DNA of 64,000 nucleotides from Pavona decussata (Eukaryota): NCBI GenBank assembly GCA_977016875.1, contig CDRNST010000020.1, positions 3,224,001 to 3,288,000 of the forward strand, read 5' to 3'. Shown piece by piece: positions 51,205 to 63,936 of this stretch (position 1 is its first letter; each line of letters starts with the position of its first letter). The notes under the pieces were generated by a model. It saw only the letters and a program-made list of their open reading frames with translations, ran no database searches and was not told where the DNA came from. The position numbers and the translations under genes were made by a program.

Positions 51205-53091
51205 TTTGAAATTCAACTTTCTGCAATTCTAGTCCTTGGTGATTACCTTCTCTGGCCACTCGTCGATTAACTCAATGTAAGACAAAAATCCTGCTTATAT
51301 ATCACTCTTCAGATTCCTTTCCCGGCCGCATTTTATGATTGTGCATTGATATTTCTGAAATATAGTTGTTTAAGATTGTTGGAGACACAGGTAGCAGAAA
51401 GGAACTGAAGTATTTTAAGAAACCACGATTTTACCCAATCGAGTGATGTCACTGAACCAAACGTGTTCTTGTTTTGTCAAAAATCATTTTAGCTGTAAGA
51501 AAATACAGCTCACATAAAAGGTGTCTGGAGTATCAAAGATCTTACAGAAAAAAAACTGCATAAGTAACTACAACAGTAAGCTCTAAAGGTGAGCAATATT
51601 AAATATTAAAAGAACACGAAAACTGACGCTCTTAACAAATAATTTAATTTTGTATCATTTGAGTCCATGCTATTTTGAAAAGAAAAAAAAACGAAAAGGT
51701 AAATGAGGGCTTTAAGCAATTACGTCAACTGACAAAAGGCGAAAAACGTTCAAAGTTGGGGGTACTTTATGTGCTTTTTAATAAATTTGTAACAAGCATT
51801 TACATTGAGAAACAAACACACTTTGCTGTATTTAGTCCCTTACACACTGAATTAATGACGATCGAAACCGGTTCGTAACCTATATTACTGATGTAAAACA
51901 TCATTGTTTCGGTTTGAGATGATAGCAAAGTCATTTAAAATCAGAATTTTATTTGAACAAATGTTTTTTCTCACGCACACCCTATTTTAGATTAAAACCA
52001 CGCAAAGAATAATCACAAATACTTCAATTATAATTCTGAGGAATTTTTTTTGAAAACAAAATGGCGACTGCACTCTCGCATAAAATGAATGAGCTGAACA
52101 GTGGAATTTGGTCAAAAATGATTACATTAAAGTCAAAGAAATCTAATATCCAGTTAATTAGACAGTTCACCTTGGAGGCTAAAAGCTATTTTCCCTTCCA
52201 GCAGAGCATAAAATTATTTTTAAATAATACTTCCTTTGCCCTTCATTAATACCAAAATTCTACAAGGCAAGAAATGTGAGAAATCTCAACCGTAGTTTCT
52301 TAATGAGTGAAACATCGAGCTTAATATCTACGAATTGTGTCAATTTTAGCACTAAAGAAGATTACAGATAAGTTACCTATTAGAACAATGTTGCGGCCTT
52401 TTCCTTATCTTGACAGTACATTTAGAGCTTCAGCATACAAAAGTGAATTTAATTTTGTGCTATCATGAAGCAAAAACGAGCCAGATATAAAGTCCTGTTT
52501 TCAAAGACAAGAACATGTTGTAAACATGTACGTTGAAAAGTAGTGAACTTAAAATACAATCTTGGCAAACACCTCTCGCATAGCGAAAATATTGAACAAA
52601 TTATAGATGCGTCCTCCAACATCAACGTGATCGATTTATGACAAATCCCCTCATGCCATGAAGCAACGTGAGTAATGCTTTCCTGAAATCCACAAAGCCA
52701 CCGGCGTATTAAAATAAAAATAAGTATGGCTTTGAACAATTTCAATTGTTTAGCTGTCTAGTATGCCAAGATTTAAGACATTGCACTTCCTTGCAGTCTT
52801 CTCACGAACACTGCTGCTTAACATCTATGTATGAATACAGTGTATTAAAGCATTTTTGTAGCTCTATTCTATGGATATTGACAGTATAATTTGATCATAA
52901 GATTTAATGATATTGGGCATAATATCTTATCGGACTGCCCGTCACAGGAAGAGAATTGCTATTTTTGCACTGAAACTAAGGCAGTAACTACTACTGATTC
53001 AGTGTAATGTGTAAAGCAAATAACAAAAGTCTCAAAACATCTAAGAAAAAGGAGCAGCAAATGAGTCAGTTTTTTATAATATTTTTGCTAA

Positions 53092-53259
53092 TGATGATAT
53101 TGATGATGATAACGACGACGACGCGACGACCACAATGATGACGATGATGATAATGATGATGATGATGATGATGATGATAATGATGATGATGGTAATCGTC
53201 ATGATGATGATATTGATGATGATAACAACGACGACGCGACGACGACGATGATGACTACA

Positions 53260-53300
<41 letters not shown>

Positions 53301-53357
53301 AATGATGATGATGGTAATCGCCATGATGATGATGATGATGATCATCATCATCATCAT
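53092..53357. repeat. Compound (GAT)n microsatellite ending in an inverted (CAT)n tract
   Basis: Directly visible; it produces the spurious poly-H/M/I ORFs. Confidence 0.95.
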
Positions 53358-53808
53358 TGTTTCGCGCGATCACGAACGTGTGTATCAGTCACAATTAGCA
53401 TGTTGCATACGGTTTAGCTGTTCAGCTTCAATGTTGTAACGACGAGATTCTTAGCTGTATTACAAGCGCCACCGGGTAAATATCGTTTACTGAACTGTCG
53501 CTACGTGCTTAGAACTGCTTTTTCCCATTTTGCAATCGTTTACTGTTTTCTAATTATTGTAGGTTTCGAATCGAGAGTTTTGGATCACAACAACGAGTCT
53601 TTGATAACGGTGCAAAGGTAGAAAACTACAGCTAGCGAATCAATCATGATCATGATCATGATCATAATCATAATGATGGAGTGATGATGATGTTGCTCAG
53701 TTACTGTCTAGGCTGGAAGTATTGCAGAACATCAGGCCACCCACTATGGCTCCGCACCTTCTGTCCTTTGATGTTATTTTAACACTGGCCACCTCTTGTA
53801 GCCTTCTG

Positions 53809-54050
53809 CCCCCAGTTGTTCAAAGAACGGATAATTTTATCCAATGGATAGGTCACCACGCAGCAGATAAAAAGCGTGAAACAGTTCCCCTATAGCCCTA
53901 CAATTTGTGAATAGAGTAGAAGCGTACGTCTAGTTTAAGTATGGGATTGTTTGAAAAAACTTGTCAAAAGCGTTGACTGGAGTACATTTGCACTGCTGGA
54001 TAGCGACTTACCCACTGGATAAAGTTATCCGCTCTTTGAACAACTGGGGC
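53809..54050. mobile_element. PIF/Harbinger-like MITE
   Basis: TIRs ccccagttgttcaaagaacggataa / ttatccgctctttgaacaactgggg; CTG on both flanks. Confidence 0.8.
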
Positions 54051-54936
54051 CTGGAATTAACCGAGTCATCTCCATTGGTGCCAGGCAACAACAAGTTACC
54101 TATTCAGCGGTCTATTTCACCTCCATTAAAATCTTGGCAGTTGCAAGGAGGGTAGCTCTGTGTATGAACTTTTACTTTCACTTTAAATTTACTTTTGTGA
54201 AAATCATCGTAGAGGTCGCTTAAACGATGAGGAACGCCGTAGCCGTGAATCTTTCCAGTGTCTGATCAATACTGAATATAAAGCAATTCAACCCTACTTT
54301 CTTCTGTAAAAAACATCTACAGAGATGCTTGTTAGCTCAGGATTTGCGGAAGCCTCTGAGGTCCCCTTACGGTAGGATAATAGCGCCTGCCAGTAGCCTT
54401 ATGATTCTGCTTTTATATCAGACAGGGACCTTAAGGGTTAAGTGCTCCTAGGACCCATTTAACCAGAATCAACATTTTTCCGACTCCAGCCAGAGATAGG
54501 CTTTTGACTCCGAGCGTCACAGCAAAAATGTTGTGGTTACGGGGCTCCAAACTTCCACTTCCTCCCCTTCCCCCTCCCTCTCCTCCACCCCCACCCCTTT
54601 TCTGCACCCATTTAGTATCTGGGACAAGCACCAGCTTCGTCTGCATAGAATGAAGTCTTTTTATTGATTTTATCATTTCTTTTAATTTGACTTTTTTGTT
54701 CTAGACTACAGCATTCAGAAGTTGACACTCAATTCATCTTCTAACCCTTGTTTTAAATTGCACTTTGTTCTACATCATTTAGACAGACCAGCTGTTGTAC
54801 AGGCTCTGTTAAAAATATAATTTAAGTATACCACTATTTACAGCGAGAATGTATCCACTTTACAGAATGACAACTTTGCATACATACGACCTACCGTACA
54901 GTTAGCATGAATACAATTTTCTCTTTAAGCAAATAT

Positions 54937-55749
54937 TCAGGTAGCGCATTGTCAGTCTATCGGTAAACTGGGACAATTTGAACTGTACTTGGCCTGTCGA
55001 TAGCCGTACACTGTCTGGCACAGTGGTTTGTTGTGTTTGGGAATCGCATGAAAACAAGCTACATGTTCACTTTTACAATGAACTCTCTTTACTAACTTTC
55101 CTCGACAATAATCCCACGTCCTTTCAATTTTAAAAATGCACATGTGACCAGCATCCCTGGCAGTGCGATTATGCGCAGTTGACCTTTTCAGCAACCTGTC
55201 CGCTGCACTTGTGACGTTACTCTCCGAGTACTTGCTCTCCCATGATAGAACCTTTGTCTCTTGGTCGACTGGCTGCTGTTCGGAAGGCTGGTCCTTCAGG
55301 TCAAGAGTTTTGGTGAAACCAAGGCTTGAACAGCTCACAACGATAATTATAGACAAAAATATCTATTGGAATAAACGAACAAGGAATTTAGTGCAAGAGG
55401 AGGCAAGTGGTAAGTGAACATCAATAATGGGGCCATTATTTTTACCTTTTTTGGGTATCTTGTTCGCCTTTTTATTTTACAATTGCATGGGCCAAAAATT
55501 TATCAATCTTCTTTTCAAAACTAGAACTTACATGTTTTAGTGAACAAAATATTAAATGAATTTGAGCTATCATTTCAAACTACGTTGGCTAACACCTTTC
55601 TTTGCGGAAGGTGTAGTAATTTTTACAGCTGAAATGGACAAACGATCAATCTGAGTTATCATTTCAAATTACGATGACTAACACCTTTATGAAGACGTTA
55701 CACTAAGTTGTGGTAATTATTACAGATGATATGGAAGTAAAAATATCAT

Positions 55750-55812
<63 letters not shown>

Positions 55813-55895
55813 TTTTGTACTGCTTCTGGGAAAAGATTTGTATTTTCCACTGCTTCTGGGAAAAGATTTGTACTTACTTTTACCATTCTGGACAT
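54937..55895 (-). pseudogene. Paralog F: prepropeptide gene with in-frame TGA at conserved Cys7 (join complement 55878..55895,54937..55362)
   Basis: Exon 1 ATG TCC AGA ATG GTA AAA|GTAAGT; acceptor ccaatag|ATA; TAHNRTAR; ...LPID-TGA-QCAT-TGA. TATAAAA at 56015-56009. No other lesion seen. Confidence 0.7.
55755..55808. repeat. (GA)n microsatellite in the F intron
   Basis: Directly visible. Confidence 0.95.
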
Positions 55896-57583
55896 GTTGG
55901 ACGGTGGTGTTTCAGCTGTGAGGGTTTAGCTCAGTCTGAAGATAGTACTTGTGATTTGTCTTCTTCGTCTGAAGGTAAAGCGTTATCTCCACAGCAAACT
56001 CATCCGTCTTTTATAGTCGAAAAACAGCGGCTAATTTAAGGGGAAAGTTCGATTCAAGTCGGAAAAATACAGATTTAGCAGATACCATCATTACATCAAA
56101 AACGTTTAATCAGCTGGGTATATACGTAAGCTGACTGGGCTAAGTTCGAAAGCGGAAAATAGTCAAAATTAACGTTTTTGTGCTAAACATCCTGAGAAAA
56201 AAAAAGTTTTTCTGTAGAAAGTATTTCTGAAAAGTAGCGTTTCAAATGTTTACATTTTAGAATTTCTTCCCAGTAGAGAGTTGAAAGCTAGAATAAACAT
56301 CACCAGTATGGCTTGTGAACCATATATTTTCAGTTCGGCGCTCAGTACAAAGACGTATACATATTAATTCCAAGTTCCATCTTACTAGACGGCGATGGAA
56401 AGTATTGCATTCATTCTGTGACCCTCAGTTCAATATTGACGTAATCTGTTAATTGGTGGTAATCTTCTTACAAGTAAACAGGACTAAACAAAAATAATTG
56501 TTTTTTTTTTTGTCATGAGTCAGTTTAAAGGTTTGTCTTCCGTCATCCATGTCGATCGTCTGTTTTCGACTTGCTTATTTGTAATAGTTTTATTGCCTAT
56601 TATTGTTAAATATTTTTGTTATCATTTTTAATCGCTGCTTCCTTTGTCTCCCCAAGGAAAATCAATCAGATTCCCATCACATTCTCAACCGTTAATAGAT
56701 TGAGAATAAGAGTCACTTATAGCTGATTGCTGTCGCTGACAAAAATATGAGAAAGCGCTTAGATTGTTGAGACACATGAGCGCAAACTATAGCGCTATAT
56801 ACTGGTATCAGTATGTCAAAGCTGACTTCGAAAATTGGGATTTCAATTTTGCAAAAATCAATGGACGGCTGAGCTCTGCCTGCAGTGAATCCTACAGAAC
56901 GTAAGCTGTCAGCTACAAAGTCTTTAATTTGCGTGCCAGATACCAACGCAATTTTAACCAAAATTGTGTCATATCGGAAGCTTCGCAAAAACACTCAAAA
57001 TGGAAACATTTTATTCTCCATATTTAAAACTGGGGAATTCCCAGTACATTATTGGCCTATTACTTAGGATTAAAGTTGTAGGATAATTCATAGAATTTTA
57101 GGTATGATTNNNNNNNNNNNNNNNNNNNNNNNNNNNNNNNNNNNNNNNNNNNNNNNNNNNNNNNNNNNNNNNNNNNNNNNNNNNNNNNNNNNNNNNNNNN
57201 NNNNNNNNNNNNNNNNNNNNNNNNNNNNNNNNNNNNNNNNNNNNNNNNTTTGACATCGAGAAAGGACATGCAAACATTCGCTAAAAACATTGGGAACATA
57301 ATTTTATTTCTTAGTTTTTCTTATTTTTCTTGGTAGCCTTCCATTTGATGTCGGTTTTTATTCCCTTTTTATAAGATTTTTAACTTTGTATATATCATTG
57401 CTTTTTTTTTTAATAAGAATAGCATAGTAACTTTATGGGAAAAAAATCGGCTTGAAAGTTGTCCCTTTTTTCATCAAAATGAATTGTAAATAGTTTTTAA
57501 TAGTTCTTTTTTCTACTTTTAACTTGTGAATAGCAATTTGCTTGAAATATGTTAATAAAGATAAGTATCATTTTTATTATTTA

Positions 57584-57633
<50 letters not shown>

Positions 57634-57650
57634 TATATATTATTATTATT
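57584..57650. repeat. (ATT)n microsatellite
   Basis: Directly visible. Confidence 0.95.
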
Positions 57651-57703
57651 TTCAATAACGTTTTTCTTTTTAGTAAACTACCAGCCAGAATTAAGCTCCT
57701 ACT

Positions 57704-58349
57704 ACAACATTTATTGCTCTTTCCAGAGTAATTTTAACTCATTTGGAACTGAATTATCTCGTCATGGATTTTGTAAAACATCTAACCCATAAAAAAAATA
57801 CCTGCAAGTTTTTTTGCCAGCTAGAAGCTGAAATGAACACACAGGTCAAATAAATGTCATTAATTTAGTTGCAGTCACCAATAACACTCCGGTGACATCC
57901 GCAGAGTTGTTCCGGTGAACAGAAGTTTATTTTTGCAGGAGCTTTCTCACATGACAAATACTCATTAAGTAAATTATCGCTAGGTCAATTACTGCCGGCT
58001 AGTATAATCACTTTCGAAACAACATTTATCGGCTCTTTCCAGAGTAATTTTAACTCAGTTGGAAACTGAATTACCTTGTCGTGGATTTTGTACAACAATT
58101 AACCCATACAATGAAAGGAACTGCAAGTTTTTTTTCCAGCTAGAGGCTGAAACGAACCAACAGGTCAAATAAATGTCATTTATTTAGTTGCAGTCAGAAA
58201 TAACACTCTGGTGACATCCGCAGAGTTGTTGCGGTGAACAGAAGTTTATTTTTACAGGAGCTTTCTCACATGATAAAGACAAATACCCGACAAGTAAATT
58301 ATCGCTAAGTTAAATACTGCCGGCCAGTATAATCACTTTCGAAACAACA
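57704..58349. repeat. ~315-330 bp tandem duplication x2
   Basis: Units start acaacatttat..gctctttccagagtaattttaactca at 57704 and 58019. Confidence 0.9.
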
Positions 58350-59399
58350 CTAACTAGCTTGGGTTTAACTTCCTTCGGTAAGATGATTGCTTTTCCTTAT
58401 GCAACTGGCGTACTTGAGATTCTTGTGGTAGCTCAGGTTCAATCGTCAAATTATTGCTTCTAAAAGATCGTTCGTCAGAATAAGCTTTTAGTATATATTT
58501 TGTGGTTGTTCCAAATTCCGGTAAAGTCGATAAAATTTTCAAATAGAATAAAAACAAACAAATTCAGCCTGGTTTTATTTTGAGCCGTCATAATACACCA
58601 GGAAATCAAATGTGTTTTTCCATTACAGAAGGATCATCAACGGGCCCCTAGGCATTTCAGTGAAAGATGAACCAAAAAGAATCTTGCGTATGCCAGTAAT
58701 TTATTTCCGAAAACTTTCACTCTACTGTCATAACCCAAGAAGAGATTCGCTAGGGGAAAACTGATGACAGAAAAACTTATATGTCGCTAGAAAGAACATG
58801 AAACAATAGCATTCTTTTGATGAGAGCTGCAACCATAGGCCGGTGTTTATAGCGAAGACATATTGGGCAAACTTATTGGGAAATTGTAAGACTGCCGTTT
58901 TGATAGCTCGGCATTCTTCTTCCCGAGCTTGGCCCGGTTACGTTTTATCGACGCGGAAAAAACAGGGACACTGATGGACTCAGTGAGAGGGAGACGAAAC
59001 TGCAGTTATAATAAGACGCTGTGAAATTAGCGCATGAGAACTATTATGCCTGTTGTTCAGTACGCATTCTCTGGAGACCCAGATGTATATCCCGCTATTC
59101 CCTTTTAATTAAACATTCGTTTAGTGCTTGCTACTTTGTCAGTTACAATGTAGGTTTGGAGAGCAAAGATTTAGTTTCTAAACGATTGTCTCTCGTATTA
59201 TTACACGAACAATTTCACGTGCATGAGCGAACTGCCTGAGGCAGGAACTGGGGAGAGGCAGGAACAAAGACTGTCCACCTCCAACTCTTCCCGGTTTTCT
59301 GTCGGCCGTCCTTGTTTTCTAACTTTGCTTGTTCACGTGTGTCGTTCACTCTTACGACCATCAAGAAAAGTGCCGCTGTCAATGTTGGAGGATTCACAC

Positions 59400-59740
59400 T
59401 TTAATTGTTTACTTCTTTTTAACCATGACAAAACTGGCGATTTCAAGTGGAAATTTTGTCGACGTTGTGACTGAAAAGGCAAATTTTACACCGTGCGCGC
59501 AAGCATTCAACGACCAGTTTGATTGTTCGTGTTTGAGTTTGTGAAATTAGTGGAGGCCGGGAAAAGATTGTGGCAGTTTCAGGGTCATTTTGGAGGATGG
59601 AAAGTAATTGTGAATGGAAGTCTCTCATTCTTTTCCTTCTGTGACGGTTTGCAGCGCGGTGTTGACATGAATTGAAAATATAGTTGGGATAGCCACGTGT
59701 TTTGAAGAATTGGAGCATTTCATTCGATTTGTTGGGAAAA
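59400..59740 (-). mobile_element. Penelope-like retroelement relic
   Basis: ORF 59443..59718 'QFFKTRGYP...ILQNDPETATIFSRPPLIS...CLRARCKIC' resembles the PLE RT-thumb/linker region before the GIY-YIG nuclease. Heavily deleted. Confidence 0.7.
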
Positions 59741-60264
59741 TCACACTCATCATGAATGCGTCATGTACGGCGTAAGTTATTTTCGTAGAAATTCTTTGAT
59801 AAATAAAATAGCAAATCTCTTGAGTCTGATCAGAAATAAAGCTACTTTGAATTCTCTCCTTCCTTAATAAAATAAACTGTTTGTCTTTTGCCAACCTTTT
59901 CTCAGCGTTTTTTATTTTTAAGATGAGCAATTTGTTAGCGAACAGTCTACTCGCGTTACGTCGCACTGTCATTCTCTAGTTAAATTTATTTTGTTTATCA
60001 AGAAAGCCGTGCGTAGACCTCAGAGAAAAACGGTCTGAGACTAACGATAAAACAGAGTTCAAATGCATCCTGGTGCAGTAAATGAAGAAAAAGCTATGAC
60101 ATTTCATAGCAAGCAGTATACAAAGAAACTACACAACGATCCGATCGTTGTTTGATGAACAAATAAGCGAAGAAATGTTCTGCGTAAACATTGCTTTGAA
60201 AAGAAAATCACACTTTGATTTTAAAATTGCCTTTAATACTACGAAAGTTCTTCAAACAGACTTT

Positions 60265-60455
60265 TAGCCTGCGTAGCTGGCTGTATTGTAGGCGCGCGCG
60301 AAATAAAGTTTTGGCGGCGAAGCTGATAGAAGCGAGCGGCGAAGCCAAAAGTCCCCCTCCCCATTCTCCTCGCGGCTTTGCCGCTCGCTTCTATCGGCTC
60401 CGCCGCCAAAACTTTATTTCGCGCGCGCCTACAATACCGCCAGCTACGCAGGCTA
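60265..60455. mobile_element. Foldback MITE with 9-bp TSD (MULE- or Academ-like)
   Basis: ~55-bp TIRs tagcctgcgtagctggc...; TSD ACAGACTTT at 60256-60264 and 60456-60464. Confidence 0.9.
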
Positions 60456-61598
60456 ACAGACTTTCAGTGAAATATACTGAGACATCTTACTCTCTACCTT
60501 TTTATCTTATTAGTTTAAGTATTTGTGTATGTATTCAGCCAAGATCGTCACAAATTTCATAATGCTAACATAAGAAAAGCCCGCCCCAACGGTGTTGCGA
60601 GGCGTTTGTTTGACTGTTTTAGCTAAGAATCAAATTTTATTAAGTGAAGGAAAAAATGGGACGAGATAAGAAAATATAACTCTAAGGAAAATAACGAACA
60701 TAGACCGAAAAAAAATGAGCTCAAAAGACTGCACTGCACGGCGTGTGAACAAAATCATGAATACTCGCCTCTTTGGACAATAACCAGGCCTTAATTCGTT
60801 CGTTTTGCAACGTTTAGTGAGCGAAAATTTTCATTTTAATAGGAAAAAATCCAACGTTTCGCCGCGCCGGATCGGAGTAAAATGATTTCACTTCAAGATT
60901 TCCGGCGGATACCGGTTACCGTGACCGTGGCCAAGAGGAAAATTCTGCCTGCTCCAAGTAAGGAGCCAATGAGATTGTAGGGTTTCCAGGATACCGCCCA
61001 CTAACTGCCATTATCTCAATTGTCTTGGTGAATTACAATGTCTACCAGCAGGTTAGATAAACAGACGCCCAAGCATGTGTTCGCATTGTGAAGGTAGAAG
61101 AAGCAAAATGTCCTTTTTAGAAAAGACAAACAAATTAAGGAAGAAGAGCGTAGGGATTTGCAAACTGTACCCGACTACATCTACAGATCTCTTGCCATCT
61201 CATTGCACTTTCTAAGGAAGAGAGCTAGTAGTATAGAATGTGGCAAGACAAAGTTGCTGGATGCAAACTATTGGAATGAAAAAAAATTCCAGGGAACACG
61301 AGGTATTTTAAAGACCACTTATTTGAGTGTGCACTTAAAATCGTCCGGAGAGCTTTTAGTAATTTGCTTCTGATTTTGATTCCAGTTACAGAATTACCAT
61401 CGTCTTCAACGGAAATAAATCCACCCTCAATTCTTCTTACTCTGAATCATGTTTATTTTCAACCATATTGCCTGCAATATTACAACAGTCCAGCTGTTTT
61501 TTATTCCTCATTTCTGAAAAGAGTTTTTACTCTTTTACTTGAAAAAATATATAAGCTGTGATTCAAAAACAAACATTGTCATAGTAATATTATTTTCT

Positions 61599-62439
61599 TC
61601 AAACAGCACACTGGCAACCGACGGTTAATGGAGCACATTTTTCCATAAACTTGGCCTGTCGGAAGCCGATCACTGTTTTACACTTAGGATAATGATATCT
61701 ATTAATGGCTTCATAACACGCAACGTGTCTATTTAAACATTGTACTTGATTGACGAATTTTTTTCTACACCTATCGAACTTTCTCACAATATTTGAAATG
61801 CACGGATTACGGACATTTCTGACAGTGCGATTGTGCGCAGATGGCTTGTCAAGCGATGTGTCGGTACGACTTGCGACATCATTCCCTTGGTTAATGCTCT
61901 CCTCTGATTGAAAGGCATTGCCTTGTGACTGGTTCTCATGGTCCATATCGCTTGTCACGTTGTTCTCCTGTTTGTTGCTCTCTTCTGATTGGAAGGCATT
62001 GCCTTTTGGCTGGCTCTCATTGTCCATCTCACTTGTGACGTCAACCCATTGGTTGATGTTCTTCTCTGATTGGAAAGCATTGCCTTGTGGATGGGTCTCT
62101 TGGTCCATACCACTTGTGACATCATTCTCTTGGTTGATGCCCTCCTCTGGTTGAAAAGCATCGTCTTCAAGCTGGATCTCTAGGTTCATGCCACTTGTGA
62201 CGTCATCCCATTGGTGGATGCTTTCCTCTGATTGGAGGCCATTGTCTTGTGGCTGGGTCTCTTGTCCAGGTGTCTGTTGATTGAAGATCTGATCCAGGGG
62301 TAATGACATATCCAGGAAAAGAGGTTTTGTAAAACTTAGGCTGGAGCAGCTCAAAATGACAATTGTTGATAACATTATCTGTTTGAAACAAAATGAAGAA
62401 ATTAGTTGGAAACAATGCAAGGAATCCATCTCTCTCTCC

Positions 62440-62501
<62 letters not shown>

Positions 62502-63501
62502 CACTTACAATATCTTTTAACGAAGAAACGTTGCAACGCTTAAAGCACTATACAAAAAGCTACAAGCTGCAGCACTTTACAATAATTTACAATGTTGGAA
62601 AACGATTATTGAACTGCCAAGTATTGCCATCAAAATAACAATTTTCAAATTGTATTTTATTTCGTGTTGCTTCTGGAACGGTTTTACGATTCTTTGAAAG
62701 CATCTTGTATAATCATATATAAGTGCTGCTGAGATTCGTATGGAAACAAAAAACAAGCTTGTTCACTCAGGAAGGATTCACACTTGATGCACTGAAGTTT
62801 CGCATCGTACTCTAAAAAGGGAGAATCTAATTGTCGCGGGTCGAGGATTAGGGTTAGGGTTAGGGTAAGCGACAATTTACCCGCGACCAGCGACAATTAG
62901 CTACTACCTCGAAAAAGAAGAAGATCTCCAGGTGTAGAATACGAGCAGAAGAAAATATGGGGATGAACAAAGTTTCTCCGCAGTCAGTTCTACATTCAGT
63001 GATTGTCTACCAATCCTCGCATTTTGACATGTGATTAGGCAGGTTATGTGTGCTTCTTATTTGTTGACATGTTAAATTCCATTTCATTTCTAGTAGCTGT
63101 GCGGGTGACTTTTACTTCACGTTTCAGTCATTTCATGATGAGATGAATCTCAAAACCTTTTTCAAAACTTGGCTCTTTTAAAGGCTGTGTGTAGTCAGTT
63201 TGGACAAACAAACGCGCTGCTAAACTGTACGTGCAGTGGGATCAAGGTAAGTTAAAATGAGGTGAGGTGACTTAGAAATAGAAAGCAAAGTTCGACAAAG
63301 GACTTGTACTTTTACACAATCCAGGAAATAGTTTTCTATCATATTAACATCAGCAATGCTGTTACTTGATTAAGGGCAACTACATTGGTACTGCTCGCAC
63401 GGACTACATTCTGCATATCAAAGTTACAAATTTTCACGAAGCAATAGTAATTCTTGACATATACTTTGGTGGATCGTACTTACTTTCGCTGTAGTATTCA
63501 T
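61599..63501 (-). CDS. Secreted 8-Cys prepropeptide with repeat propeptide, paralog D3 (265 aa; join complement 63484..63501,61599..62378)
   Basis: Exon 1 MNTTAK|GTAAGT; acceptor aaacag|ATA; 5 x 27-aa repeats (61860-62264); SAHNRTVR; ends CQCAV. Confidence 0.88.
62428..62496. repeat. (TC)n microsatellite in the D3 intron
   Basis: Directly visible; it explains the false poly-RE N-terminus of ORF 61599..62504. Confidence 0.95.
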
Positions 63502-63872
63502 CCTATCTGACTAAGGTGTTCGTCTCTGAATAATGAATTTCCCTCTGGTAATGGTGCCACTTAGAATACTGTAGTCAATCAAAAAAGGGAACACAATTCA
63601 TTTTAGACTTCATCGTTTGTGTTTCCTAATAGCTTTTCAGTCCTTACGAGTGCATTTCATTAGATTGGCGCAAGGGACATGTTTGAAAGAAAGACATTCT
63701 CCTTAACTCTTCTTAAACCTACGCAGTTAGACGCAGATAAAAAGCGTTTAGGTGATATTTTAAAGAGTAATGTCTGAAAAGGTGATTTTGATGTATTTAA
63801 ATTTTTTTTACTATGTTTTGTTATTGCACTGTTTTTTTCTGTGACTGAACATGCTTTCCCTATGGAAAAATA

Positions 63873-63936
63873 GCGGTTTGGAACTGCTCGAAGTTGCGCT
63901 GCCGCTGCAGCGCAACTTCGAGCAGTTTCAAACCGC
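63873..63936. repeat. 30-bp-arm hairpin upstream of D3
   Basis: gcggtttggaactgctcgaagttgcgctgc / gcagcgcaacttcgagcagtttcaaaccgc with a 4-nt loop and one mismatch. Confidence 0.9.

Noticed and set aside
53074-53439. Poly-His / poly-Met / poly-Ile ORFs
   Set aside because: Translations of a (GAT)n microsatellite.
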